64,000 nucleotides of DNA, taken from a bacterium (GTDB lineage Bacteria > UBA6262 > WVXT01). Both the position numbers and the translations under genes were made by a program. The notes beneath the pieces were generated by a model. That model had not been told where the DNA came from and did no database searches. It saw only the letters and a program-made list of their open reading frames with translations. Shown piece after piece: positions 18,904 through 28,129 of the stretch; position 1 is the first letter of the stretch; every line of letters starts with the position of its first letter. The stretch is taken from contig DATKVN010000010.1 in assembly GCA_035530055.1 (NCBI GenBank), positions 6,344 through 70,343 of the forward strand, in the 5' to 3' direction.

Positions 18904-19921
18904 TTTCCTTAAATGACGTTTCAGTAAATTTCAGTATCTGGTTCATCATCTTTACTACTTCAACGGGATGTTGACCTATAGCAGTTTCTGCTGAAAGCAT
19001 AACAAAATCAGAGCCATCTAATACTGCGTTGGCAACATCTGTGACTTCAGCTCTGGCAGGCCTTAAATTTTCTACCATACTTTCAAGCATTTGTGTAGCC
19101 GTAATGACGAACTTCTTTGCCTGGTTACATTTTTTGATTATCAGTTTCTGGACAACAGGGATTTCATAGATTGGAATTGATACTCCCATATCCCCCCGCG
19201 CTATCATAATTCCATCGGAGACATCTATTATCTCATCAATATTCTTAATACCCTGCCGATTTTCAATCTTGGCAATTATGTTGCAGTTCGGGAGGTTGGG
19301 TTTAACTAAATCTTTTATTTGAATAATATCGTTTTTATTTCTTACAAAAGATTGTGCAATATAATCTACTTTGTTTTTTATACCGAATTGGATATCGATT
19401 CTATCTTTATTAGTTAATCCTTTAAACCTTAAGGATACATCGGGAATGTTAATTCCTTTGTTTTCCTTCAAAGACCCAGGAATAATCACCTCTGCCTTGA
19501 GATATTTTTTTGTCCTTGATTTTACAATTAGAGCAATGTTGCCGTCATCTATGTATATGTAATTCCCTGGCTTTATATTATCTAAAGAGCTTTCATAATC
19601 AAACGGTATTATATTTTTTTCTCCTAATACATCCTGATTAGTCAGGAAGACCTGTTGTCTTTTTTTCAATTCGATACTCTTTTTATGTTTGAACCTGCCA
19701 ACTCTTATACGATAACCCTCCAGGTCCTGTAATATTTTTATATGGCGTCTATATTTCTTATTTAACTCTCTAATCAAATTTATACAATATTTATGACTGG
19801 CATGGTTTCTATGGGAAAAATTAAGTCTGGCTACATCCATACCAGCGAGCATCATATTTCTCAAGACGGTTACATTGTCGCTTGCAGGTCCTATTGTACA
19901 GATTATTTTTGTCTTGACCAT
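18875..19921 (-). CDS. pyk: Pyruvate kinase lacking the C-terminal (allosteric) domain
   Basis: 348 aa with [26 protein letters not shown] and ATQMLESM motifs. It ends about 15 aa after the A-domain and overlaps the glgP start by 29 bp. Confidence 0.75.
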   Translation of the reverse strand: MVKTKIICTIGPASDNVTVLRNMMLAGMDVARLNFSHRNHASHKYCINLIRELNKKYRRHIKILQDLEGYRIRVGRFKHKKSIELKKRQQVFLTNQDVLGEKNIIPFDYESSLDNIKPGNYIYIDDGNIALIVKSRTKKYLKAEVIIPGSLKENKGINIPDVSLRFKGLTNKDRIDIQFGIKNKVDYIAQSFVRNKNDIIQIKDLVKPNLPNCNIIAKIENRQGIKNIDEIIDVSDGIMIARGDMGVSIPIYEIPVVQKLIIKKCNQAKKFVITATQMLESMVENLRPARAEVTDVANAVLDGSDFVMLSAETAIGQHPVEVVKMMNQILKFTETSFKENGSLRKNIF

Positions 19922-19948
19922 TGTTCTTTTGACATTCTGATTTTTTGT

Positions 19949-20365
19949 TTAACGTCTAATAGTTTTCTTTTTGAAGAGGAGCCAGTTTTTGTCTTGGGGA
20001 TTTTTGGGTTGTATCTTTATTAAGCAATAAGTCCCTTTTAATTTCTTGCCTTTTAATTCAAAGGTTATTTCTTTAGCCTGGAACTTTATCGGCTCATAAT
20101 ATCCTTTATCCCATATTTCTACTGTTCCTGCACCATACAGTCCTTCGGCTATCTCACCTTCAAAATCCTCATATCCTAACGAATGGTCTTCAACCTGAAT
20201 GGCTAATCGTTTGACGCTTTTTTTTGTTGGCGGTTCTTTGGGAATGGCCCAGCTTTTTAATACATCACCTTTTTCCAGACGGAAATCGTAATGGAGACGT
20301 GTGGCTTGGTGTTTCTGGACTACAAAGATAAGATTTTTTGATTTTTTAGGCGTCTTTTTAGGCAT
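19949..20365 (-). CDS. Stand-alone LigD-type 3'-phosphoesterase (PE) domain protein
   Basis: 138 aa. [33 protein letters not shown] matches the LigD PE domain signature (FV.Q.H.A.RLHYD.RLE..GVL.SWAVPKGP). Confidence 0.75.
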   Translation of the reverse strand: MPKKTPKKSKNLIFVVQKHQATRLHYDFRLEKGDVLKSWAIPKEPPTKKSVKRLAIQVEDHSLGYEDFEGEIAEGLYGAGTVEIWDKGYYEPIKFQAKEITFELKGKKLKGTYCLIKIQPKNPQDKNWLLFKKKTIRR

Positions 20366-20996
20366 AAGAATCCTTTCTAGAAGGGCAGAGTTTTCGTAAA
20401 ATACATTCTAAGCATTTTGGTTTTTTTGCATCACAAATCTTTCTGCCATGGTCAATTAAGAGATAGCTAAACTTTCCCCATTCTTTTTTATCTAACAGTT
20501 TCATTAAATCCTGTTCAATCTTCTGGGGGTCTTGATTTTTAGTAAGCCCTAACCTCTGGCTTAATCTCCTGACATGGGTATCGACTGCTATGCCTTCTAC
20601 TTTCCCGAAGCCATTAAAAAGCACTATGTTTGCTGTTTTTCTGGCTACTCCAGGTAGTTGTATCAATTTATCCATTGAATCTGGTAATTTACTGTTAAAA
20701 TCTTTTACAATCTTTTGAGCTGTTGATATTATGTTTTTTGCTTTATTACGATAGAATCCTGTTGAGCGGATTTCCTGTTCAAAAGTTTTCAAGTTAGCTT
20801 TTGCATAATCTTGGACTTTCCTATACTTTTTGAAAAGAGATTTAGTCACTATATTTACTCTCGCATCAGTACATTGGGCAGAAAGAACTGTAGCTACTAA
20901 AATCTCTAAAGGAGTGCTAAAATTTAAGGCAATCTTTGTTTTGGGATACTCTTTTTTTAGTAAGAGTAATATCTTATCTATGTTTTTCACCGACAT
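20358..20996 (-). CDS. nth: Endonuclease III (DNA glycosylase/AP lyase)
   Basis: HhH-GPD motif ([13 protein letters not shown]), catalytic K/D, and a C-terminal Cx6Cx2Cx5C [4Fe-4S] loop ([17 protein letters not shown]). Confidence 0.9.
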   Translation of the reverse strand: MSVKNIDKILLLLKKEYPKTKIALNFSTPLEILVATVLSAQCTDARVNIVTKSLFKKYRKVQDYAKANLKTFEQEIRSTGFYRNKAKNIISTAQKIVKDFNSKLPDSMDKLIQLPGVARKTANIVLFNGFGKVEGIAVDTHVRRLSQRLGLTKNQDPQKIEQDLMKLLDKKEWGKFSYLLIDHGRKICDAKKPKCLECILRKLCPSRKDSYA

Positions 20997-21053
20997 CGTT
21001 CTTTTCCCTCTCTCGGGAACTTTTTTGACACCGGTTGTTACACTAAAACTAAA

Positions 21054-21251
21054 TCAAGCGCCTTTCTTTCCTGTCTCTATCTCCTTTAGGATTTTTTCCA
21101 GTTGTTTCTTCTCATAAAGCCTGTAGTTGTTTATGGGATGGCGAGTTGCTTCTAACTTCTTCTCATTATCCCATCGTCTTAAAGTCATAGGAGATACGCC
21201 AAGAAAGCTGGCTGCTTGTTTGACAGTCATATAGTGGTTTAGTTTAACCAT
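21054..21251 (-). CDS. Small HTH DNA-binding protein, excisionase/MerR-HTH type
   Basis: 65 aa. MTVKQAASFLGVSPMTLRRW resembles the excisionase-family HTH. It lies directly beside the RAYT element. Confidence 0.55.
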   Translation of the reverse strand: MVKLNHYMTVKQAASFLGVSPMTLRRWDNEKKLEATRHPINNYRLYEKKQLEKILKEIETGKKGA

Positions 21252-21329
21252 TTTATTGTACCTTTGCTAACATTATACAAGTTTATTCATAAAAGTAAAG
21301 TAAATTTTGTGAGTTCTGGGGTGAGTTCT

Positions 21330-22117
21330 GGGGACACAATACTTAATTATTATTCTTGGGTCCTGGTTTCCCCTTTTTTAATACCTTTCCGGTTATTTCC
21401 TCAAGTTTAGTAATAAATTTATCATCACCTAAAGGTCGACCGGTGCGGGCATGTTCTCTGAAGAGATTCCTATCTATGTCTCTATCGTCTTCAGCAAGAT
21501 ATGATGACCAGTCTTCTATTTCTGAAAGCATAAAGTTATCAGAAAGTAAAATATCCTTTTCTTTCAGAACATGAGCTTTCGCACTCGACCAAGGGTAATC
21601 TTCAGCCCTTTTCACTAACCCTGCTCTTACTGGATTCCGTTCAACATAACGGACAGCCGCATAAAGATACTGCTCGTCCAATGGATAAGATATAAATCGC
21701 CCCTGCCACAGATATCCCCTCCACCCTTCACGGAAATTAATCATGCGGGTATAGTATCTGTGTACCTGACCTATTCCCCTCGCTAAACTGTCTTCATTCT
21801 TGGGGACAGCTATTAAATGCACATGATTATCCATCAAACAATATGCCCAGAAAATTACACCAGCTTCTATGGCATGCTTATATAGAAGATTAATGTAGGA
21901 TTTCTTATCTTGGTCGCTGAAGAATACATTCTGAGAGCGATTGCCACGTTGGATAATATGATGAGGATAGTTAAGTATGACGATACGTGCTATTCGTGCC
22001 ATGACATAATTCTAACAAATCAAGTATCAGAAATCAATAATTAAGTATTGTATCCCGGAAACTGGTGGGACGGAACTGGTGGGGCGAAACTGGTGGATAA
22101 TTAAGTATTGTGTCCCC
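21330..22117. mobile_element. REP-associated tyrosine transposase (RAYT / IS200-like) element with 21-bp terminal inverted repeats and a duplicated right end
   Basis: Left IR GGGGACACAATACTTAATTAT (21330-21350). Right IRs at 22036-22056 (degenerate) and 22097-22117, separated by three GAACTGGTGGG units. It is preceded by the GAGTTCTGGGG x2 micro-duplication. Confidence 0.8.
21343..22002 (-). CDS. REP-associated tyrosine transposase (IS200/IS605 TnpA-like, HuH)
   Basis: 219 aa with the HuH motif (MDNHVHLIAVP) and conserved Y in the YYTRMINF region. The architecture matches RAYT/Y1 transposases. The stop codon lies inside the left IR. Confidence 0.85.
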   Translation of the reverse strand: MARIARIVILNYPHHIIQRGNRSQNVFFSDQDKKSYINLLYKHAIEAGVIFWAYCLMDNHVHLIAVPKNEDSLARGIGQVHRYYTRMINFREGWRGYLWQGRFISYPLDEQYLYAAVRYVERNPVRAGLVKRAEDYPWSSAKAHVLKEKDILLSDNFMLSEIEDWSSYLAEDDRDIDRNLFREHARTGRPLGDDKFITKLEEITGKVLKKGKPGPKNNN

Positions 22118-22157
22118 GGAATTATTTCGCCCCTACGTGATTCGCAAGGATTCCATA

Positions 22158-23393
22158 TTAGTCTTTGGGTTCGGTGCGGGGAATGACTACAATTCCTTCA
22201 GGGGAGACGTGATATTTCTTTCGGTCTTCTTCTAAATTATAACCAATAACTGTTCTTTGGGGAATTTTGACATTCTTGTCGATAATTGTGCGTTTGATCC
22301 GCGCATGCCTTCCGATGTCTACATTGTCCATAAGAATTGACTGGTTTACCTCGGAATAGCTGTGGATGAATACGTTTCTGCCTATTACAGAATCTCTTAC
22401 TGTTCCACCACTAATGATGGTGCCTTCACAGACGATGGAGTTTAATGCTACACCTCTCCGTCCGTGTTCATCGAATACAAACTTGGCTGGTGGAAGTTCA
22501 GTGTAACTGGTGGTCTTAATTGGCCAGCGAGGACTGTAAAGGTTAAAGGAAGGTTTGACAGCGCGAAGGTCCATATTTGCTTGATAGTAACTCTCAATTG
22601 TCCCTATATCGCGCCAGTAACTAGTCTCTTTTGAGTCTTCCTCACCGGGAATCCTATTTTCTTTAAAGTCGTAGGCAAAGACCTTCTTTTGCTGATAGAG
22701 GATAGGAATGATGTCCTTCCCGAAATCGTGCTTGGTCTTTTTTCTTAGGATGTCCTCTTTCAGTTCACTTATCAATATGTCGGTGTTGAAAAGGTAATTT
22801 CCCAGAGAGGCTAAAGCTTCATTAGGTCGACCAGGAATGGTGCAGGGCTTTTTGGGCTTTTCCTGAAAGCCAATGATGAGACCATGTTCATCTACACTGA
22901 TAATACCCAGTTGTGATGCATCTTTAATAGGAACGGAAACAGCGGCTACAGTAACAGCGGTATTCTTTTTGATATGAAATTTCACCATCTGGCGAATATC
23001 CATCCTGTAAATGTGGTCTGCCCCAAAGACAGCTACAATATCTGGATTGACCCGTTTAATTAAGTTCAAATTCTGATAGATAGCATCAGCAGTTCCTCTG
23101 TACCAACTCTCTCCTAAACGCATCTGGGCAGGAACGGTAACAATAAAGTGGTCTCTCATAACCTGTCCCAGTTGCCAACCGTCCTGGAGATGCTCAATGA
23201 GAGACTGTGCTTTAAATTGTGTTAGAACATATACGGCATAAATACCTGAATTGAGAAAATTACTGAGGACGAAATCGATTAGTCGGTATTTGCCTCCAAA
23301 AGGCACTGCTGGTTTGGTTCTATCTTTGGTGAGGGGGTAAAGTCTCTCTCCTTTCCCGCCTGCCATAATCATACCGAGAATTTTTGGTTTCAT
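22158..23393 (-). CDS. glgC: Glucose-1-phosphate adenylyltransferase
   Basis: 411 aa with MAGGKGERLYPLT, the PAVPFGG motif and a C-terminal left-handed beta-helix. Confidence 0.9.
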   Translation of the reverse strand: MKPKILGMIMAGGKGERLYPLTKDRTKPAVPFGGKYRLIDFVLSNFLNSGIYAVYVLTQFKAQSLIEHLQDGWQLGQVMRDHFIVTVPAQMRLGESWYRGTADAIYQNLNLIKRVNPDIVAVFGADHIYRMDIRQMVKFHIKKNTAVTVAAVSVPIKDASQLGIISVDEHGLIIGFQEKPKKPCTIPGRPNEALASLGNYLFNTDILISELKEDILRKKTKHDFGKDIIPILYQQKKVFAYDFKENRIPGEEDSKETSYWRDIGTIESYYQANMDLRAVKPSFNLYSPRWPIKTTSYTELPPAKFVFDEHGRRGVALNSIVCEGTIISGGTVRDSVIGRNVFIHSYSEVNQSILMDNVDIGRHARIKRTIIDKNVKIPQRTVIGYNLEEDRKKYHVSPEGIVVIPRTEPKD

Positions 23394-23423
23394 TTTTTTA
23401 TCTTTTCGATAGAATATAAGTTT

Positions 23424-23465
23424 AAAAAAAATAAAAAAGCAGGATTATTAACTTATAAATCCTGC
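23424..23465 (-). terminator. Rho-independent terminator downstream of the dksA-like gene
   Basis: On the minus strand: stem GCAGGATT ... AATCCTGC followed by a U-run (plus-strand A-run at 23424-23438). Confidence 0.6.
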
Positions 23466-23493
23466 TTCATAAGGTTTTTACCTTATAGATATT

Positions 23494-23874
23494 TTAAGCT
23501 GGTTTCTCCATCTTAGCCTTACATTTGATGCATAAGCGAGCATAGGGAACTACTTTCAGTCGCTTTTTGGTTATTATATTACCGCACTTTTCGCACATTC
23601 CAAAATGGCCTTGTTCAATATTTTTTAAAGCACTTTCGATAGCTTCTAATCTTTGCCTTTCACCATGATTGAGTTCAAAAAGTAATTCCCGGGCAGAAGA
23701 ATCGGCTGCCTGGTCGACACTATCTCCTACCTCACCACTGGGATACTCTTTTTCGTTCTCTGTTGTTTTCTGGACTAATTTGAGCAACTCTTCTTTTAAA
23801 TGGAGGAGTTGTTCTTTAAATTTCTTTATTTCTTTTGCACTTATTCTTTTTTTCGATGTGGTTAATTTTTTCAT
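23494..23874 (-). CDS. DksA/TraR-family C4 zinc-finger protein
   Basis: Coiled-coil plus CEKCGNII...CIKCK zinc finger. The start was moved to MKKLTT (ATG at 23874), because the longer listed ORF runs into hairpin repeats. Confidence 0.7.
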   Translation of the reverse strand: MKKLTTSKKRISAKEIKKFKEQLLHLKEELLKLVQKTTENEKEYPSGEVGDSVDQAADSSARELLFELNHGERQRLEAIESALKNIEQGHFGMCEKCGNIITKKRLKVVPYARLCIKCKAKMEKPA

Positions 23875-24054
23875 AGATATTCTCTGCAGTATGCTATTGT
23901 AACCTCGAGATTGCCACGTCCCGATTTTCAATCGGGACTCGCAATGACATTGAGAAGCTATCACGCTCCTTTTCCCGATTTTTAATTGGGAATGTTTATA
24001 AGAATAAATAATTTTTCATTAATTGTCAAGGGAAAAATAAAATAATTTAGATAC

Positions 24055-26391
24055 TTATGAACCTAATTTCCAGGAGATTCCTGCAAAAATTCTCCTGCCG
24101 GGCATTGGATAGCCAAAAACTGTCTGGTATTTTTTATCAAGAATGTTATCGAGAGAAATATACGCTTCCAGATTTCTGATTCTTTGAGCAATCCTCGCAT
24201 TAAGCAAAAAGCAGTCTGGTAATTTATCCCCTGTCTTTCCTCTATCGCTCCATTGTTCGTCAACATATTCTGTTCCTAAACTTAACTTTAAACCAAAATT
24301 GTTAGCATAATTAATCCTGTAGTTGACTCGATTGTGGGGATTATAAGGCGCAATTTCATACTTATCTTCTCCTTCTTTCTTCCCTGCGCTGCGGATATAG
24401 GTATAATTTATGCTCTGAGAAAGTCCTGACATAATTTGATGGATAAATTCTAATTCTACGCCCTGGCTATAGGCTTGGGCGACGTTAGAAGGCCTCCATA
24501 TAAAAGATGGATCCATTGCCCACTCTATCAAATCCTCTATGTTGGTCTCGAATAGGGTCACCCTGCTTAATAAAAAATTCCCTAATTGGTGTTCAAATCC
24601 AAGGTCATAAGCCCAGGCCTTTTCTGGCTTCAAATCGGGATTCCCCTCTGCTTGATAACCATAATCTGTGTAAGGCTGGTATAGATCGCAGAACGTTGGC
24701 GCTCGAAAGCCCCTTCCCAGATTGAACGAAAGTTTTAAAGATTCTCCTGGCTGAGAGAGCTGATAGACCAAACTGAAACTGGGATTTATTTGACCTCCAT
24801 ATGCTGAATGGTTGTCGTAGCGGAGGCCCATTGTTGTAGTCAATGGCTTAAGGGATAGAATCTCCTGGAGAAAGATAGATTCATTTAAGGTCCTTTCACC
24901 AATTATGGTCTGTGAATTGATTTTATTTCTCTGCTTATATTCATCCTGGTGAATGTCCATACCGAGTGTTATCCCGTATAGAGTATCTAACTGAGTCTCT
25001 ACTCCCCGGGTAACATTTTCGTGAAGGTCATCTCTTAGCTCATCGGGATTTCGGTCTCTCCTTTGGTCGTTACTGCCATAGGCTTTGAGCAACAATTTTG
25101 AATTTTCTCCTCCATTTGAGTATTCTAAAATGGCGTATTCTTTCTCGTCCTCCTGATTGTGGTTAGGGTCGGATGCGAATTTTTCCTCTAAAATAATTTT
25201 TTCCCATGTACTTGAGTCAAACGTATAATTAACACCGGGTAGTCCCAGTTTTCCTCTATGGTAACCGCCTCTAAGTTCAAAATTTCCGATTTTCCCGGCA
25301 CTGTATGCTAATCTCCCTGTAAAATTATGGTTGTCATACGCACTATTTTCCCGCCAGCCGTTGGAAGTATTGTTACTTATTGTAAAGTAGGTTTTAATAT
25401 TGGTATCTTTTGTTCCGAAATTTAATCTAGCTATCTGGGTGCCAAAACTTCCTAAACCAAAATTTACATCAGCTGTTACCTTCTCGTCTTTTGCTTCTCT
25501 GGTAATGATATTGACTACTCCTCCCAGAGCATTGGCACCGTAGAGGGCTGAGGCAGGACCGCGCACAACTTCTATTCTTTCAATATTGTCTATGGAAAAT
25601 TGGCTCAGGTCGGCTATTCCATCTGAGGTGCTATTTATAGAGCGACCATCGACCATTACTAGTGTCTGATATGCGGAACAACCCCGAAGCCCAATGTAAG
25701 AGGGAGCTCCCAAGGTTCCATATCTTCTTACTTCTACGCCCAATCTGTTTTTAAGGACTTCTCCCACGTTGTGAGCGTTACTTTCGGCGATTTCTTTCCT
25801 GGTGATTACACTGACGTTTGTGGGTAAATCTTTTAGCATTCTGGGGCCCCTGGTGGGAGTAATTACGATGACTCCCATGTCCCCCATATAGACTGCCTGT
25901 TCCTCTCTATGTTCCTTCTCCTTCTCTATCTCTATCTCCCTCTCTTCTATCTTCTGAGAGGAGACTATCTTCTCCTCTTCCACTTTCTCCCTCACTTCTT
26001 TTAAGTCCTTTTCCAGCTGTTCCTTTAAGATATTGGCCTCTTCTTCTCTCCTTGTCCTCTCAAATTCAAGTTTATCTACCCTCTTCTTGAGCTCCCGTTC
26101 CATTCTATTCTTCTCTTCCTCTTTAGCCCTGAGTCTCCCTTCAACTTCACGCTTGACTTCCTCAATTAATGCCTTCTCCTTCTCTATCTCTATCTCTATC
26201 TCTATCTCTATCTCCCTCTCTTCTATCTTCTCAGAGGAGACTCTCTTTTCCTCTGCCACTTTCTCCCTTACTTCCTTTAACTCCTTTCCCAGCCAGGCGA
26301 GACCAACCACAAGTAGAATGGCTGCCGAAATCAAAATTAAATTTTTCTTTCTTAGTAACATCCAGATTACCCCCTTAAGAAATGTTTCCAA
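24055..26391 (-). CDS. TonB-dependent outer-membrane receptor (BtuB-like by context) with an about 170-aa N-terminal hydrophobic anchor and E/K-rich coiled-coil extension
   Basis: TonB-box-like MGVIVITPTR, then the plug (NIERIEVVRGPASALYGANALGGVVNIITR), a 22-strand barrel and a C-terminal aromatic residue. The N-terminal extension contains an internal direct DNA duplication and a (TCTCTA)n hexamer tract encoding EIEIEIEIE. Confidence 0.8.
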   Translation of the reverse strand: METFLKGVIWMLLRKKNLILISAAILLVVGLAWLGKELKEVREKVAEEKRVSSEKIEEREIEIEIEIEIEKEKALIEEVKREVEGRLRAKEEEKNRMERELKKRVDKLEFERTRREEEANILKEQLEKDLKEVREKVEEEKIVSSQKIEEREIEIEKEKEHREEQAVYMGDMGVIVITPTRGPRMLKDLPTNVSVITRKEIAESNAHNVGEVLKNRLGVEVRRYGTLGAPSYIGLRGCSAYQTLVMVDGRSINSTSDGIADLSQFSIDNIERIEVVRGPASALYGANALGGVVNIITREAKDEKVTADVNFGLGSFGTQIARLNFGTKDTNIKTYFTISNNTSNGWRENSAYDNHNFTGRLAYSAGKIGNFELRGGYHRGKLGLPGVNYTFDSSTWEKIILEEKFASDPNHNQEDEKEYAILEYSNGGENSKLLLKAYGSNDQRRDRNPDELRDDLHENVTRGVETQLDTLYGITLGMDIHQDEYKQRNKINSQTIIGERTLNESIFLQEILSLKPLTTTMGLRYDNHSAYGGQINPSFSLVYQLSQPGESLKLSFNLGRGFRAPTFCDLYQPYTDYGYQAEGNPDLKPEKAWAYDLGFEHQLGNFLLSRVTLFETNIEDLIEWAMDPSFIWRPSNVAQAYSQGVELEFIHQIMSGLSQSINYTYIRSAGKKEGEDKYEIAPYNPHNRVNYRINYANNFGLKLSLGTEYVDEQWSDRGKTGDKLPDCFLLNARIAQRIRNLEAYISLDNILDKKYQTVFGYPMPGRRIFAGISWKLGS

Positions 26392-26457
26392 TAACGCAGA
26401 GCGGTCGCTCTGCGGCTACAGGTTGCTGCACAATTTGAAATTGTGCCTACAAATCCA

Positions 26458-26670
26458 ACCTCCCTTTCGGGAGGACTCCAAAGACCCTGGAGTCCTTGCG
26501 AAAGCAAGGTCCCCTATATACCTCCCTTTCGGGAGGACTCCAAAGACCCTGGAGTCCTTGCGAAAGCAAGGTCCCCTATATACCTCCCTCTCGGCAGGAC
26601 TCCAAAGACCCTGGAGTCCTTGCGAAAACAAGGTCCCCTATATACCTCCCTCTCGGCAGGACTCCGGACT
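26458..26670. repeat. Tandem array of 3.4 x 62-bp units, each made of three hairpins (CCTCCC-TTTC-GGGAGG; GGACTCC-N9-GGAGTCC; CCTTGC-GAAA-GCAAGG)
   Basis: Units at 26458-26519, 26520-26581, 26582-26643 and a partial at 26644-26670 are over 93% identical. They lie between the cobO stop and the TonB-dependent receptor start. Confidence 0.9.
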
Positions 26671-26677
26671 TTTTCAA

Positions 26678-27223
26678 TTAATATTCGATGCCTCTTCTTT
26701 CTTTTACGCCTCGATGAAAGGGGTGTTTTATTTTCTTCATCTCGGTTACTAAATCTGCTCTTTTTATAATTTTCTTGGTTGCTCCTCTTCCAGTTAAAAT
26801 AATTTCTAAGGACTCTGGTTTCTTCTCCAGAAGCTGCAAAATTTCTTCTTCCTTCAAAAATCCGTCCCGTAAAGCAATCAGTATCTCGTCTAAAATTACC
26901 ATGTCATAGTTCTTCTGAAATATTTCCTTAATAGACTCTATTGCCTTCAGACATTTTTCTCTTATCCCTTCCGGTGGAATATTTTTATAGAAATGGGGAT
27001 GCTGAGGAACAAAATTAACAATTTCTATTCCTAGTCCTTTCAGGACTTCCACCTCACCGTAAGAGAAATCTTTCAGGTTTTTGAAGAAGTAAACAAAGCA
27101 TACTTTAAACTTATGTCCTTTTGCCCTTATTGCCTGACCGATGCTCGCTGTAGTTTTACCTTTTCCGTCGCCGGTATAAATCTGAATTAATCCTTTCTCT
27201 TCCAATTTGTGACACCTCCTCAA
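26678..27223 (-). CDS. cobO: Cob(I)yrinic acid a,c-diamide / corrinoid adenosyltransferase (CobO/BtuR/CobA type)
   Basis: 181 aa with the P-loop YTGDGKGKTTASIGQAIRAKG and a size matching the CobA/BtuR family. Confidence 0.85.
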   Translation of the reverse strand: MRRCHKLEEKGLIQIYTGDGKGKTTASIGQAIRAKGHKFKVCFVYFFKNLKDFSYGEVEVLKGLGIEIVNFVPQHPHFYKNIPPEGIREKCLKAIESIKEIFQKNYDMVILDEILIALRDGFLKEEEILQLLEKKPESLEIILTGRGATKKIIKRADLVTEMKKIKHPFHRGVKERRGIEY

Positions 27224-28086
27224 GATAACCCCTTCGGGGTACTTCTGGCGGTTAATTTTTTCTCCCGGTACTTTCTGGACATCAATTTGCTAAGCAAAGT
27301 TACCCGGGGTGCGCCAGTAACAGGATTCTCTTCCACAAGAACTTTGCTCTGGTATACCCTGGAAAGATTCTCTTCAGTTATTACCTCTTTGGGGCTTCCC
27401 ATTTTATAAATTCTGCCGGTATCAAGCAGAATCAAACGGTCGCAGTACTCACTGGCTAAATTCAAATCGTGAGCTACTATAATTACAGTCAGTCTCTTTT
27501 CAGTATTCAATTTCTTGATGAGATCGTAAATCTCTATCTGGTATCCTATATCCAGATGCGCAGTGGGTTCATCGAGCAACATTACCTGTGACCTCTGGGC
27601 TAAAGCACGGGCAATTATTACTCTCTGTCTTTCCCCTCCGGAAAGTTCGAAAATTAGACGATTGCTAAAACTGAGCGTGTTGGTTAGAGTCATTGCTTGA
27701 GAAGCAATTTGCAAATCTCTTTCTGATTCGAATCCAAAACCTGAGAGCCAGGGTGACCTTCCCATGAGAACGACCTCGCCAACTGTAAATGGGAAAGGGA
27801 AATAGGTATCTTGGGGAACGACTCCGATTATCTGGGCAATCTCTTTTTGGCTCAGTGCTAACAGATTTTTCCCATGGAGATGGACTTCTCCTTCCTGAGG
27901 CATTAAAACCCTGGAGAGTATCCTCAGGATTGTTGTCTTGCCCGAGCCATTGGGTCCTATTATGCCCAGAATCTCTCCCTCTCTTACCTCAAAAGAGAGA
28001 CCATCGAGCACCCAGCTCTCGTCATACCTAAATCTCAAATCTTTAACTCTAAAAAAAGGGGTCAGAGTCATTTTTTCTCCATCCAT
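27220..28086 (-). CDS. ABC transporter ATP-binding protein, FecE/BtuD family
   Basis: Walker A (GPNGSGKTT), signature (LSGGERQRV) and Walker B (VMLLDEP). Confidence 0.85.
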   Translation of the reverse strand: MDGEKMTLTPFFRVKDLRFRYDESWVLDGLSFEVREGEILGIIGPNGSGKTTILRILSRVLMPQEGEVHLHGKNLLALSQKEIAQIIGVVPQDTYFPFPFTVGEVVLMGRSPWLSGFGFESERDLQIASQAMTLTNTLSFSNRLIFELSGGERQRVIIARALAQRSQVMLLDEPTAHLDIGYQIEIYDLIKKLNTEKRLTVIIVAHDLNLASEYCDRLILLDTGRIYKMGSPKEVITEENLSRVYQSKVLVEENPVTGAPRVTLLSKLMSRKYREKKLTARSTPKGLS

Positions 28087-28129
28087 TTTTCAACCATCTC
28101 GAGATTGTTTCACTTCGTTCGCAATGACA

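Noticed and set aside
24063-24266. 67-aa ORF overlapping the 3' end of the TonB-dependent receptor gene
   Set aside because: Different frame within the receptor CDS, and no support.
26458-26670. Possible CRISPR array (regular about 60-bp periodicity)
   Set aside because: The units are directly contiguous with no unique spacers. The units themselves are nearly identical triple hairpins, and no cas genes are present. It is a tandem repeat, not a CRISPR.
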